NCBI GenBank assembly: GCA_963664745.2
Contig: CAXXMC010000001.1
Location: forward strand, 264-64,263
Direction: 5' to 3'
Source of the DNA: Phycisphaerae bacterium
GTDB taxonomy: Bacteria; Planctomycetota; Phycisphaerae; SM23-33
Length of the DNA: 64,000 bases
The notes beneath the pieces are model-generated. The model saw only the letters and a list, made by a program, of their open reading frames with translations. It did no database searches and was not told the DNA's origin. Positions 1-8,973 of the stretch are shown here, in pieces; position 1 is the first letter of the stretch; the number at the start of each line of letters is the position of its first letter. The position numbers and the translations under genes were made by a program.

Positions 1-423
1 TACGTAGCGATGATTTTATTGATATTTGGGCTCAGCAACTTGGCTGGGGAGCTGGTGTGCATAATAAAAAGTTTGGTGTTACCAGAAGACTTGAAAAAAT
101 GTAAATAGTCGTCCCTGAAAAAGTCGACTTTGGATTGAATTTTTGATTCGTTGGAGAGTCATATCGCTACTTCAGCGAATGTTTTTGTCTGGATTCTCAA
201 GGCCAGCTGTGTCTCCCGAATATTCGGTCCTTCTTTTTTTAACAAGCAGTTATGAGCATTGCTCGATTTGACATCTCTTGGTAAAATCTTCCTGTATCGC
301 CACGATTTTGGAGAATATGAATGGGATTTGTTCGGCATTTTGGGATTGTGATTCGCGCATTTGTTGGGGATGTTTCTTTAATTGTTAAAACTCTTTGGTC
401 TCCAGTATTCACTTTATCTTATC

Positions 424-728
424 TTACGTATTGGTTGTTGTCAAAGGCTGCTGGTGCGAAGCGGAGGGCGCATCCCGGAGCGAAGCAGTAGCAGCGGCAC
501 GAAACGCCTCGGGCAGGTCGGCATGATATTCTTTCAACGCCGCATAGTAGCTGCCGCTCTCCAGGGCCTCCGCCAGCCTTGACAGGTCTTGGCTATGCGA
601 AACTTTGCGGAAGCCTCTTTCTGCCTCCGTCAGGCCTGTAGCGAGCCAACGCGCAGCCTGGTCGGTCTGCGTCTGCCAGCGACAAACCCGGCTGCTTGTC
701 CGCCGAAAATTCAATATCACATTCTCGA
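424..728 (-). pseudogene. C-terminal remnant of an unidentified, possibly transposase-like, ORF abutting the IS21-family element
   Basis: ORF 424..849 runs from the flank into the IS21 left inverted repeat, which starts at 729. Only the ~100 codons outside the IS look coding (..RWLATGLTEAERGFRKVSHSQDLSRLAEAL..). It has no start codon of its own, and I did not recognise the family with certainty. Confidence 0.25.
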
Positions 729-849
729 TGGTAGGGAAAATTGAAAAGGGAGCCAGGTGGATGGGGTTTCGCGCATTGAAAAGGGGACCACTGTTTAATT
801 GAAAATTCTGTATGATGTCGGCTTGTGATTTTGTTGCAGGGATCGGCAT

Positions 850-2418
850 ATGCGGAGTTTGGAGATGCTTACAGTGGAAGATTATGAAAAAATACGTAAA
901 GCTGTTTTAGTTGAAGGTTTGTCTGAGCGGCAGGCGGCTCGTAAGTTTCATCATTCGCGCAAGACCATCAAAAAGGCTTTGACGCATTCCGTTCCGCCGG
1001 GATACAAAAAGCGAAGTTCGCCGGCAGGTGCTGTTGTACTCACGGAGCGGCTGCGTTTTGTCATCGACACCCTTCTCGAAAAGAACAAAACGATTCGTCG
1101 CAAGCAAAAGATGACCGGCACTAAGATTCATGATATTCTTGTTTCTGATTACGAATTCTGCGGCTGTGTTCAGACGGTTCGGCGTTACATTGCGACTAAA
1201 AAGTTACAAGCCAAGGAGGTCTTTTTCAAGTTGGAGTTTCAGCCCGGCCAGGAGGGTCAGGTCGACTGGGGAGAAGCTGATGTTATCATAAACGGCAAAG
1301 ACACGAAGGTGCATTTATTCTGCCTACGGCTGGCATATTCCCGCGCCTCTTTTGTTAGAGCATATCCGTCGCAAAAGATGGAATGTTTTCTCGACGGCCA
1401 TGTTCATGCGTTTGATTTTTTTGGAGGTGTAGCGCGGAGCAATGCGTATGATAACTTAAAATCAGCGGTAATTCAGGTCGGCAAAGGCAAGGAGCGCAAA
1501 CTCAACTCTAAGTTTATAGAGCTTCGTAGTCATTATCTATTTAATAGTCGTTTTTGCAATATAGCAAGCGGCAATGAAAAAGGCCATGCTGAAAATCTTG
1601 TCAAAGATTCCCAGCGAGATTTAATGTCTCCGCCGCCGCATGTTGTCGACATTGATGAGCTGAATGAATTGCTTTTGCGACAATGCACTAAGCGGTTGGA
1701 TATAGTCGTTAAAGACAAGGGTAAAACGCGCGGTCAGCTGCTCGAAGAAGAACGTCAGTTCTTTCTACCCCTGCCAAAGCACCAGTATAACGCTTGCGTC
1801 GGGGGCAGCACTTATGCAACAAAGCAGGCCTTGGTCGAGCATGATAATAACTTCTATTCTGTGCCAACACAATGGGCACATCATGACATCACTATCAAAG
1901 CTTTTGTAAGTCGCGTAGAGTTGTATCACGATGACAATCTCGTCGCCAGCCATGAACGTTGCTGGGATTCATCGAAATATATCCTGAATTATATGCACTA
2001 TATCCCGCTGCTGAAGACCAAGCCTGGCGGGATTCATAACGCAGCCGCTTTCATCGGCCAGCCCTGGGGCAGTGACTTTGAAAAGCTTAAAATAGAGTTG
2101 GAATATCGTTACGATGGCGAAGGAACAAAGAAGTTTATAAACGTGCTTTTACTGTTTTGCGAATACGAAGCTTCTCAGGTTAAGGCTGCCGTAAAAACCT
2201 GCATCTCGCGAAGAGCATTCAACGACGAAGCCGTTCGAAATATACTTGAATATCAGCCTGATGCGATCCGCAAAAGCATTGATCTTACGCATAAGCCTGA
2301 ATTGCAGATTAAAACGAACGGCATTCGCCAAGCCAGCGAATATGACGAGTTTTTATTAACGAATTTTAAAACTACTAATGAAGGAAGTGTACAATATGGA
2401 AAACAATATATTGCTTGA
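850..2418 (+). CDS. istA: IS21-family transposase IstA
   Basis: This is a 522-aa ORF. It has an N-terminal HTH (..LSERQAARKFHHSRKTIKKAL..) and an integrase-like DDE core (..GQEGQVDWGEA.., ..SNAYDNLKSAV..). It overlaps istB by 41 nt and lies inside the IR-bounded element. Confidence 0.9.
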   Translation: MRSLEMLTVEDYEKIRKAVLVEGLSERQAARKFHHSRKTIKKALTHSVPPGYKKRSSPAGAVVLTERLRFVIDTLLEKNKTIRRKQKMTGTKIHDILVSDYEFCGCVQTVRRYIATKKLQAKEVFFKLEFQPGQEGQVDWGEADVIINGKDTKVHLFCLRLAYSRASFVRAYPSQKMECFLDGHVHAFDFFGGVARSNAYDNLKSAVIQVGKGKERKLNSKFIELRSHYLFNSRFCNIASGNEKGHAENLVKDSQRDLMSPPPHVVDIDELNELLLRQCTKRLDIVVKDKGKTRGQLLEEERQFFLPLPKHQYNACVGGSTYATKQALVEHDNNFYSVPTQWAHHDITIKAFVSRVELYHDDNLVASHERCWDSSKYILNYMHYIPLLKTKPGGIHNAAAFIGQPWGSDFEKLKIELEYRYDGEGTKKFINVLLLFCEYEASQVKAAVKTCISRRAFNDEAVRNILEYQPDAIRKSIDLTHKPELQIKTNGIRQASEYDEFLLTNFKTTNEGSVQYGKQYIA

Positions 2419-3193
2419 AAATTATCTTAAGCAGCTCAAGCTGCCGACGTTTATTAAAGAGTATCGGCGGGCTGCCAGACAGTGTGCCCAGGAAAAACGC
2501 GGTTTTGAGCCTTTTTTACAGCAGTTAACGGAACTGGAGATTCAACAGCGAAGAATTCGAACGATGCAGCGACGGATAAAGGAGGCTTCGTTCCCAGCCG
2601 AGAAGGAACTTGCAGACTTCGACTTCACAGCCGTTCCAACTTTGAACAAAAAACGAATCATCGATTTAGCCAAAGGCGATTATATTCGAAAGCGCGAATG
2701 CGTTGTAATGATTGGCCCGCCCGGAACAGGCAAAACTCATCTTGCCATATCGCTGGGCCGTGAAGCTTGCCGCCAGGGCAAACGAGTGAAATTCTTCACC
2801 GCCACAGGCCTGGCTACCGCATATGCCGAAGCCAGAGATGAACGGACCGTCCAAAGACTCGAACGGTTTATAGAGCAGCGAGATTTGATTATAGTCGATG
2901 AGCTTGGCTACATTCCCCTCGGCCGGCTTGGAGCGGAAAATCTATTTGGATTTTTCTCGAAATGTTATGAACGCACCAGCGTGGTTGTTACGTCAAACCT
3001 GCCTTTCTCCGCCTGGCCGGAAGTCTTCGGCGATGAACGATTGACCGGAGCACTGCTAGATCGGCTGACGCATCGTGTACATGTAATAGAAGCCGCCGGC
3101 GAAAGCTACCGCCTGCAAAACCATAACAATAGGCCAACCACAAAAAATACCGACGAAAATAACCTGGAAAATCAAGAAAAGGAGGCCATATGA
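2378..3193 (+). CDS. istB: IS21-family helper ATPase IstB
   Basis: Walker A is GPPGTGKTHLAISLG and Walker B is LIIVDELGY, followed by the typical IstB C-terminus (..LLDRLTHRVHVIE..). The ATG at 2396 is preceded by aaggaag and may be the real start. Confidence 0.9.
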   Translation: MKEVYNMENNILLENYLKQLKLPTFIKEYRRAARQCAQEKRGFEPFLQQLTELEIQQRRIRTMQRRIKEASFPAEKELADFDFTAVPTLNKKRIIDLAKGDYIRKRECVVMIGPPGTGKTHLAISLGREACRQGKRVKFFTATGLATAYAEARDERTVQRLERFIEQRDLIIVDELGYIPLGRLGAENLFGFFSKCYERTSVVVTSNLPFSAWPEVFGDERLTGALLDRLTHRVHVIEAAGESYRLQNHNNRPTTKNTDENNLENQEKEAI

Positions 3194-3336
3194 TTTGACC
3201 CCAACATCCTGAACATCAGATCGCTGATACACCCCATGTCAGCCGTTGACAAACCCCTTGCAAAGGGGTATTCTTAGGCCCTAGGTGGTACCCATTTCGA
3301 TGCTCCACCTGGCTCCCTTTTCAATTTTCCCTACCA

Positions 3337-3549
3337 TTTATTAATGAGTTCTATGGCAAGCCCGAAGAACGAAATTTTGGCCTTTCTGTTTTCAGAGCAT
3401 TGCATCACAAGCAGGATATGGGTGTCGAACTAAAAACAGTTCGTGACGCTTGGGATAAATTCTCAGCCGACGGGGTAGTTGTTAGAGAAGCCGCTGAATT
3501 GGAGTTTTTCGGCGACAATTGGAACCTGCTTGGTATTTTGAAGAGATGA
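3337..3549 (+). pseudogene. C-terminal gene remnant directly flanking the IS21 right end (unknown family)
   Basis: The frame is open from the IS boundary to TGA at 3547..3549 (..FINEFYGKPEERNFGLSVFRALHHKQDMGVELKTVRDAWDKFSADGVVVREAAELEFFGDNWNLLGILKR*). It has no start codon. A similar C-terminal motif (..FGEYEWDLFGILGL*) is readable near 300..357, which suggests decayed paralogous fragments. Confidence 0.3.
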
Positions 3550-3677
3550 AAAACAAAAGTTTTTACAGAATTATTGAAACTGGATCATAATTGAAAATAA
3601 GTTTCGCGGTTTTTTGCTGACTTGGAGCTAACCAAGCTGGGCTAGAATAGTAGGTACAACCCTTCTTTCCATGGCAG

Positions 3678-4886
3678 CTACAGCAATTGGGAGAGCAATG
3701 TTTTTGCGGGCACAATTATCGGTCTGTTCTGAGAACAAAAACAATCAGCACCGACATAGTCGGCATCCACACTGATTTGAAATGCAAATGGTGCCTTTGT
3801 TTGTTCCTGGAAAAATTTTAAGGATGGGCTTAAAGCTTTATCCGTTTTTTTTACTTCAGCAAGAAACCATGGCTCTCCATCTTTGATGACAATAAAGTCT
3901 ACCTCTCTTTGGTTCCTGTCTCTCAAATAGCCAAGTTGAAAATTACCAAGGCCCATGTCATTCCATCCTTCTACAGCTTTTAAAAGATGGCACGCGATAA
4001 ATGTTTCAGCCTTTTCGCCGACATCTTCGATCCCCGACCAATCCCTGAGAAACCATTTAGGCTCTTTTCTAAGTGAACGTGAAACATTTTTAAACCACGG
4101 CCTTACTAAAAAACCAAGATGCAAATTACATAGAGTACCAATCCATCGACGAACAGTATCAACTGAAACCTGTATGTCAGAAGCTAAGCTGCTGTAAATA
4201 AGCTGATGACTTGAACGACTCATTAATAATTTTACCAAGAGTTCCAGTTGGTCTAATTGATGGATTTGCGTCAAATCTCGAACATCTTCTCTAAGCAACT
4301 GCTGCAGACGAAGGTTCTGCCATCTTCTACTGAACCGATTATCCCTTTTGAGAAATGGTTCGGGATATCCGCCGTTACTCCATAGGGCGGAGAAATTATC
4401 TTCGCTGATTTTTTTGGGGCATCGGATAATTTTCTCTGGATCTGGCAAATCCTGATATGCAATCTCTGCAACGGAAAATGGATGCATGTGGTACAGGAAG
4501 TATCGTCCCATCAAACTGTCTCCACCGCGGCGATAAACATCCATTCTTGAACTGCCTGTTACCAGAATGTGTAGGCTGTCTGCGTATGTGTCGAAAAAGC
4601 CTTTTAGAAATTGTTTCCAGCGACTAAATTTATGCAGCTCATCAAATAGAACTGTCGGTGTTGATTCTGACAGAATGTTAAGTCCCATTCTTTCTGCTAT
4701 AGCGGCAGGGCCTTTGACTATCAACGCTCGATCATCGGTATTGTCCCAATTCAGATAATGATCAGCAAGATTCCGACAAGCTGTAGTTTTACCAACCTGC
4801 CTTGGGCCACTGACAAAAGCCATCTGACGCTGTGATGATAAATGTTCTGACAACAGCGAATCGTAAAATCTCTTTTTGGTATCCAT
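3678..4886 (-). CDS. AAA+ ATPase, AAA_14/DUF4143 family
   Basis: This is a 402-aa ORF. Walker A is GPRQVGKTT and Walker B is VLFDELHK. The C-terminal half has the DUF4143-type pattern (..REVDFIV..). Confidence 0.8.
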   Translation of the reverse strand: MDTKKRFYDSLLSEHLSSQRQMAFVSGPRQVGKTTACRNLADHYLNWDNTDDRALIVKGPAAIAERMGLNILSESTPTVLFDELHKFSRWKQFLKGFFDTYADSLHILVTGSSRMDVYRRGGDSLMGRYFLYHMHPFSVAEIAYQDLPDPEKIIRCPKKISEDNFSALWSNGGYPEPFLKRDNRFSRRWQNLRLQQLLREDVRDLTQIHQLDQLELLVKLLMSRSSHQLIYSSLASDIQVSVDTVRRWIGTLCNLHLGFLVRPWFKNVSRSLRKEPKWFLRDWSGIEDVGEKAETFIACHLLKAVEGWNDMGLGNFQLGYLRDRNQREVDFIVIKDGEPWFLAEVKKTDKALSPSLKFFQEQTKAPFAFQISVDADYVGADCFCSQNRPIIVPAKTLLSQLL

Positions 4887-5110
4887 GGCAGACTATTGTT
4901 GCGTGTATCGTATAATTGTCAAGTCTTTTTTATGGTATATCTTATTTTAGTCACGATTCCTGTAGGATGTGTAAAGGGATTGCCTAAGTTGTTCAGATTT
5001 GACAAAGCTGGGCTTTAAACAAAAATTAATTTTTTCAGCTACGACAAGGGATTATTCTTTAGTTATTTATTTGCGAGAACTTATATCGCCAAGACCGCCC
5101 CCTTTGCCAC

Positions 5111-5380
5111 CAAAAAATGTTGCCCCAGAATTGTCCTCAAAATGGAGTCAAAAATAGTAAAAAATCGTGAAGGAATAGTAAACAATAGAAGATTGATAAC
5201 TCTCTGGCACCTCAGGGCTTATTTGCTAAGTACGGCCTATTGAAGATGTTACAAAAACACACGCAAGCGAATCCCACCCTCTCCGATGCCCCAAAAGTGG
5301 GTTTCTTAAGTGTTTTTAATATAGACGCTTGCGAAATCCACTTTTCTTTTTTTACCCCTGTTGCCCTCAAATTGCCCTCA
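5111..5380. repeat. Copy A of a ~270-bp non-coding interspersed repeat (copy B at 32399..32668)
   Basis: Two blocks are highly similar to 32399..32668 in the same orientation: tgttgcccc.gaattgtcctcaaaatggagtcaaaaatagtaa...ggcacctcagggctta, and gaatcccaccctctccgat.ccccaaaagt.ggtttcttaagtg...tttttacccctgttgccctcaa.ttgccc. A ~50-nt divergent centre separates them. Stop codons occur in all frames of copy B. Confidence 0.85.
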
Positions 5381-5454
5381 AGCTGCAATACAAGCTCGCG
5401 AAGCTCGGAGTTTTCTTTCTGTAGCTGATCAATAATGACATCCCTGTCGTCCAT
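5381..5454 (-). pseudogene. N-terminal ~25-codon fragment of an IS66-family transposase
   Basis: MDDRDVIIDQLQKENSELRELVLQL matches, at protein and nucleotide level, the region just upstream of the 28751..29890 ORF start, which reads ..LQKENSELRELVLQLRDKIAKLEK. Homology stops where repeat copy A begins. The rest of ORF 5212..5454 is read-through into the repeat. Confidence 0.7.
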
Positions 5455-5701
5455 TCTTCATTGTGTATAATATCAACCACAATCGCGCCAGATATTTTTG
5501 TCACTTTTCAAAAAACTCCGCCATTTTTTCCGGGTCACAGGCGGTGTCAATATCCCATATGGCAAGGTCATTGACGCCATCCACAATACATTTGTCAATA
5601 AGACCGCTTCAACAATTGCATCGGCATTGTGGTCGTCCTAAAAAGTAGCAAAGTCAATTTTTCTTCTGGGGTTCCATATATGCCGATAACAATATAATTG
5701 A

Positions 5702-6769
5702 TTACTTTGCTTTACATTCATTTTTTACATCATCCAGAAATCTTTCGGCTTGGTCGGGGTTAAGTGATTCGGTAATAAGATACATTATATTCTTACTGCC
5801 AAAATTCCTGATAGCACTTAGAGTCCGCTCTCTATTCGTAATTAGCTGAACCAGCTTGCCCGCTTCCATAATTTTTGAGATTAACTCCGTCCATGTATCG
5901 CCGGATGGAGCGCCCACTCCGGGCTGCCACTGAACACCGCGAAGCTCTTCAATGTCGAGAAGATGCTCAATATGCGGAACCATCGCTGGACCATCAAGGT
6001 GAAAGAATGTGTAATCCAGTTTTTGGCAGGTCTTTAGAAGTTCAGGAACCACAAACTCTTTGAACATGTCAGGTGAAATCATTGAGGCAAAATCACACTG
6101 CATTATATACGTTCTGCCCGGTGCCCAGGTAAGAGCCCAAGGGGTAAAACCAAGTTGCTGTTTCTTGATAATTTCGGCAAGTTCGTTGTAATAAACCAAC
6201 CATGCCTCATGAAATTCCCAAGTAACACGTTTGACCTCGTCAGGAAAATCAATTAAATCCATCAACAGGTTATTTGGCGTTCTGCAGGCACTGAGCAAAT
6301 CGAGATTTCCGCCGAGGTCGGTAAAAGCTACCTGCGCCTGTGATCCGAACTTTTCAACTGCAAGGCGAGTAACATTTTTGATTTTGACAAACCATTCGTT
6401 TTCCAAATCTGCTTTAATGTTAATCTCCTGCAGCTGCTTCATTTCTTTCGGCTCAAACCAGATTGTGTCAGCGGAATGATGCAACTCACAGACATCTACC
6501 ATAGCTGAAGTAAGCCCAGGGCCGAAATTAGGCCAAAAGCAGGGAATCGCATCCCCATAGCACAGGGTGTTCTCTATCGTTTTTTCAGCATTGGCAACAA
6601 TAACCTCAGTTGAATCTTCAGGCGTATAAGTACTATGGAATGAACCCGAACCTTTTGAACTGTCCTTTGAACCGTAAGCCGTTATCAAAGGCCTGTCCAA
6701 CTCGCCCTTCCAAAAGGCCGTGTAGTCCTGCTTAATCCTCTGCCAGTCTGAATCGTTAAACCATGTCAT
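5702..6769 (-). CDS. Uroporphyrinogen-decarboxylase/MtaA-like (URO-D family) TIM-barrel protein; assignment tentative
   Basis: This 355-aa ORF is the last gene of the minus-strand operon running from 11206 to 5702. It resembles URO-D/methylcobamide-methyltransferase-fold proteins by eye (..FFHLDGPAMVPHIEHLLDIEELRGVQWQPG..). The assignment was not verified by search. Confidence 0.45.
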   Translation of the reverse strand: MTWFNDSDWQRIKQDYTAFWKGELDRPLITAYGSKDSSKGSGSFHSTYTPEDSTEVIVANAEKTIENTLCYGDAIPCFWPNFGPGLTSAMVDVCELHHSADTIWFEPKEMKQLQEINIKADLENEWFVKIKNVTRLAVEKFGSQAQVAFTDLGGNLDLLSACRTPNNLLMDLIDFPDEVKRVTWEFHEAWLVYYNELAEIIKKQQLGFTPWALTWAPGRTYIMQCDFASMISPDMFKEFVVPELLKTCQKLDYTFFHLDGPAMVPHIEHLLDIEELRGVQWQPGVGAPSGDTWTELISKIMEAGKLVQLITNRERTLSAIRNFGSKNIMYLITESLNPDQAERFLDDVKNECKAK

Positions 6770-6787
6770 AGCATTTTCCTTATGCTG

Positions 6788-7609
6788 CTACCCTAGGTAT
6801 TCCAATGTTCTTTTCAATGATTCAGTATCATCCAGTTTCGGGAAATACTCAAGGCCGAAACATCCGTCGTAACCAAGTTCATCTATCTTTTTGATAATGG
6901 CTGGGTAATTAATCTCGGTATCAAAAAGCTCAGCCCTGCCGGGCACACCCGCGGAATGAAAATGACCGATGATGTCGATATTTTTTTCAATAAAGTCCAG
7001 AATGTTTCCTTGCATAATCTGCATGTGATAAACATCGAAAAGCAATTTCAAATTCGGACTGTTAATCTCGCAAATAATTTTCACAGCTTCATCAGTTTTA
7101 TCGAGATAATAACCGCCGTGGTCAACCAGGCTGTTAAGCGGCTCGATGACAAGCGTTATACCCGCTTTCTCCGCCATTTCCGCAGCCTGGCCAAACACGG
7201 CCCTCAAATTTGCCTTCATCTCATCAACTGTCAGACCGTCCTGAGTCATCCCGGAAAGAATGATTCCCCTCGGACAGCCAATAGCCTTTGCAAAATCCAA
7301 CATCGCCCGGCCCTGCGCCAGCCATTTTTCATGGTCCTTTGAATTTGTAGCATTACCGCCAATGGAACCGTCCCATGCGCCAAAAGCAAAGTCATTATAA
7401 CTCACGCCAGCTTGTTGGGCGGCGGAATTCAGTACCGACGCATCCTTGGCCTGGGCAAAATCAATCTCACTGCCATTGAAAGTTCCCTCCGGATGCCAAA
7501 ACTCGATAAACTTATAACCAATCTCAGCAATCTTTTGCACCCTGTCAGCAAAGGGTAAATTCGTGAAAAAACATTCGGCGCATACGCTTATTTTAGCCAT
7601 TATTGTCAA
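6788..7609 (-). CDS. Sugar phosphate isomerase/epimerase (xylose-isomerase-like TIM barrel, hydroxypyruvate-isomerase-like)
   Basis: This is a 273-aa ORF. Motifs include ..FADRVQKIAEIGYKFIEFW.., ..LVIEPLN.. and ..LLFDVYHMQIM..GHFHSAG..E.., which is the typical AP_endonuc_2/TIM-barrel metal-ligand pattern. Confidence 0.8.
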   Translation of the reverse strand: MTIMAKISVCAECFFTNLPFADRVQKIAEIGYKFIEFWHPEGTFNGSEIDFAQAKDASVLNSAAQQAGVSYNDFAFGAWDGSIGGNATNSKDHEKWLAQGRAMLDFAKAIGCPRGIILSGMTQDGLTVDEMKANLRAVFGQAAEMAEKAGITLVIEPLNSLVDHGGYYLDKTDEAVKIICEINSPNLKLLFDVYHMQIMQGNILDFIEKNIDIIGHFHSAGVPGRAELFDTEINYPAIIKKIDELGYDGCFGLEYFPKLDDTESLKRTLEYLG

Positions 7610-7616
7610 CTCCTTG

Positions 7617-8937
7617 TTATTTAAGACAAGTATGTAAAACTTTATTTATCGCTGCGGATATCTTTCTACAGTCTTCGTCACTGAGATTGTAATCTATATC
7701 AACGAGAATCGCTTTGGACAATAAATCAAGGGTATTGGGGCACATATCCTTTGAGTATTGCGGAAGTTCATTTTCCGGCACTCCAGACCATGGCAGCTTA
7801 TCGGCAGCAACAGACTTATACTGCAGAATGTGTTCCCAGAAGTTATATGTATGCCAATCCCGAACTTTCGAATCATAAACTCCGCCGCACGGAACACCCT
7901 CTGCCTGCAAGGCTGGCAGCACTTTTTTAGTAGTGTCAGCATCAGGCAGGAACATCACCAAGCAGATACCTGTATCGCCATCCTCGTCGGCCAGCCTTCG
8001 GAAGCTGAGACCTTTAAAATTATCAATTGCACTCTTGATTTTTTTCTTGGCTGTGCGATGGCCTGATACTATTTCATCAGCCCGATTTATTTGCGCCAAA
8101 GCGACGGCACCTTCGAGTTCGCTCATCCGATAATTTTCGCCGCAGAAGAGTTCCTCACCCTCAGCCTCGGGACCAAACCGGTCAGGCCGCCAGCATGCGG
8201 CACAGTCGTGCCAGTTCAGCGCGCGAGTATAAAGGCGTTTGTCGTTGGTAGTAAGGAATCCGCCCTCACCGGAGACAATAACCTTATAATAGTCGAAACT
8301 GAAGCAACCCATAGTTCCGATGTTGCCCAACATTTTACCGCCGAACGATCCGCCAGCTGCCTGAGCCGTATCTTCAATAACGGGCAAGCCGTGCTTATTG
8401 GCAACGTCCATGATCGCATCCATCTGGGCCGGTGCACCACGCATGTGTACGGGTACGATGGCCTTGGTGCGTTTGGTGATAGCCTTTTCAATTGCATCGG
8501 CGCTCATGCAGAGCGTGTCGTCACAATCGACAATCACCGGAATTGCGTTCGACGAAACGACCGTCGCGGATGTCGCAAAAAACGTATAGGCCGGGACGAT
8601 AACTTCATCGCCGGCACCGATTCCCAATGCCCTATATGCAGCCACAAGCGCCGAAGTGCAGGAATTGGTCGCAAGACAAGTCCGTGCCTATCAGTTTTTT
8701 CATGGCATTTTCAGCAGCCTGAACCTTACTTGGACGGGGATTGTAATATCGAAACAGATGTGGGCCTTTAATATCATTCTCCGCTTCTATCAGCTTTTTT
8801 ATCTGCGCCGTCGTCTCTGGGGACATTTCCCACAAATCCAGAACTTCCAGCAGTTCACTTTTGCCTATTTTAGTGGGAAACGGGCCGAGGTTATCCGCTG
8901 CCTTCGGGCCGCCGTTAATTGCCAATTCTTCACTCAT
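7617..8937 (-). pseudogene. DegT/DnrJ/EryC1/StrS-family PLP aminotransferase, interrupted by a frameshift
   Basis: ORFs 8632..8937 and 7617..8645 are the N- and C-parts of one DegT-type protein. The downstream frame stays readable upstream of its Met as ..LATNSCTSALVAAYRALGIGAGDEVIVPAYTF.. The span is 1321 nt, which is 3n+1, so the frame changes near 8650..8700. Confidence 0.8.
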
Positions 8938-8973
8938 TGTCTTTTACTCCAAACTTTAATCATTTAATATTTG

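Larger units (their letters stand above)
729..3336 (+). mobile_element. IS21-family insertion sequence (istA + istB) with terminal inverted repeats
   Basis: There is a perfect 32-bp inverted repeat, ggtagggaaaattgaaaagggagccaggtgga, at 730..761 and its reverse complement at 3304..3335. The outer TG/CA dinucleotides sit at 729 and 3336. A second, subterminal repeat copy lies at 774..791 and 3285..3302 (15/18 matches), as expected for the multiple IstA-binding repeats of IS21 elements. The element encloses overlapping istA and istB genes. Confidence 0.9.

Noticed and set aside
3-104. A frame is open from the window start to TAA at 102..104 (..DDFIDIWAQQLGWGAGVHNKKFGVTRRLEKM*). A short fragment near 300..357 ends ..FGEYEWDLFGILGL*.
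   Set aside because: They may be the 3' end of a gene and a decayed paralogue of the 3337..3549 stump. At 33 and ~20 codons with no recognisable family, they are not enough to annotate.
5212-5454. The 80-aa ORF is listed as a possible small gene.
   Set aside because: Only its first ~25 codons are coding, as an IS66 transposase N-terminus. The rest is read-through into the 270-bp non-coding repeat, whose second copy has stops in this frame.
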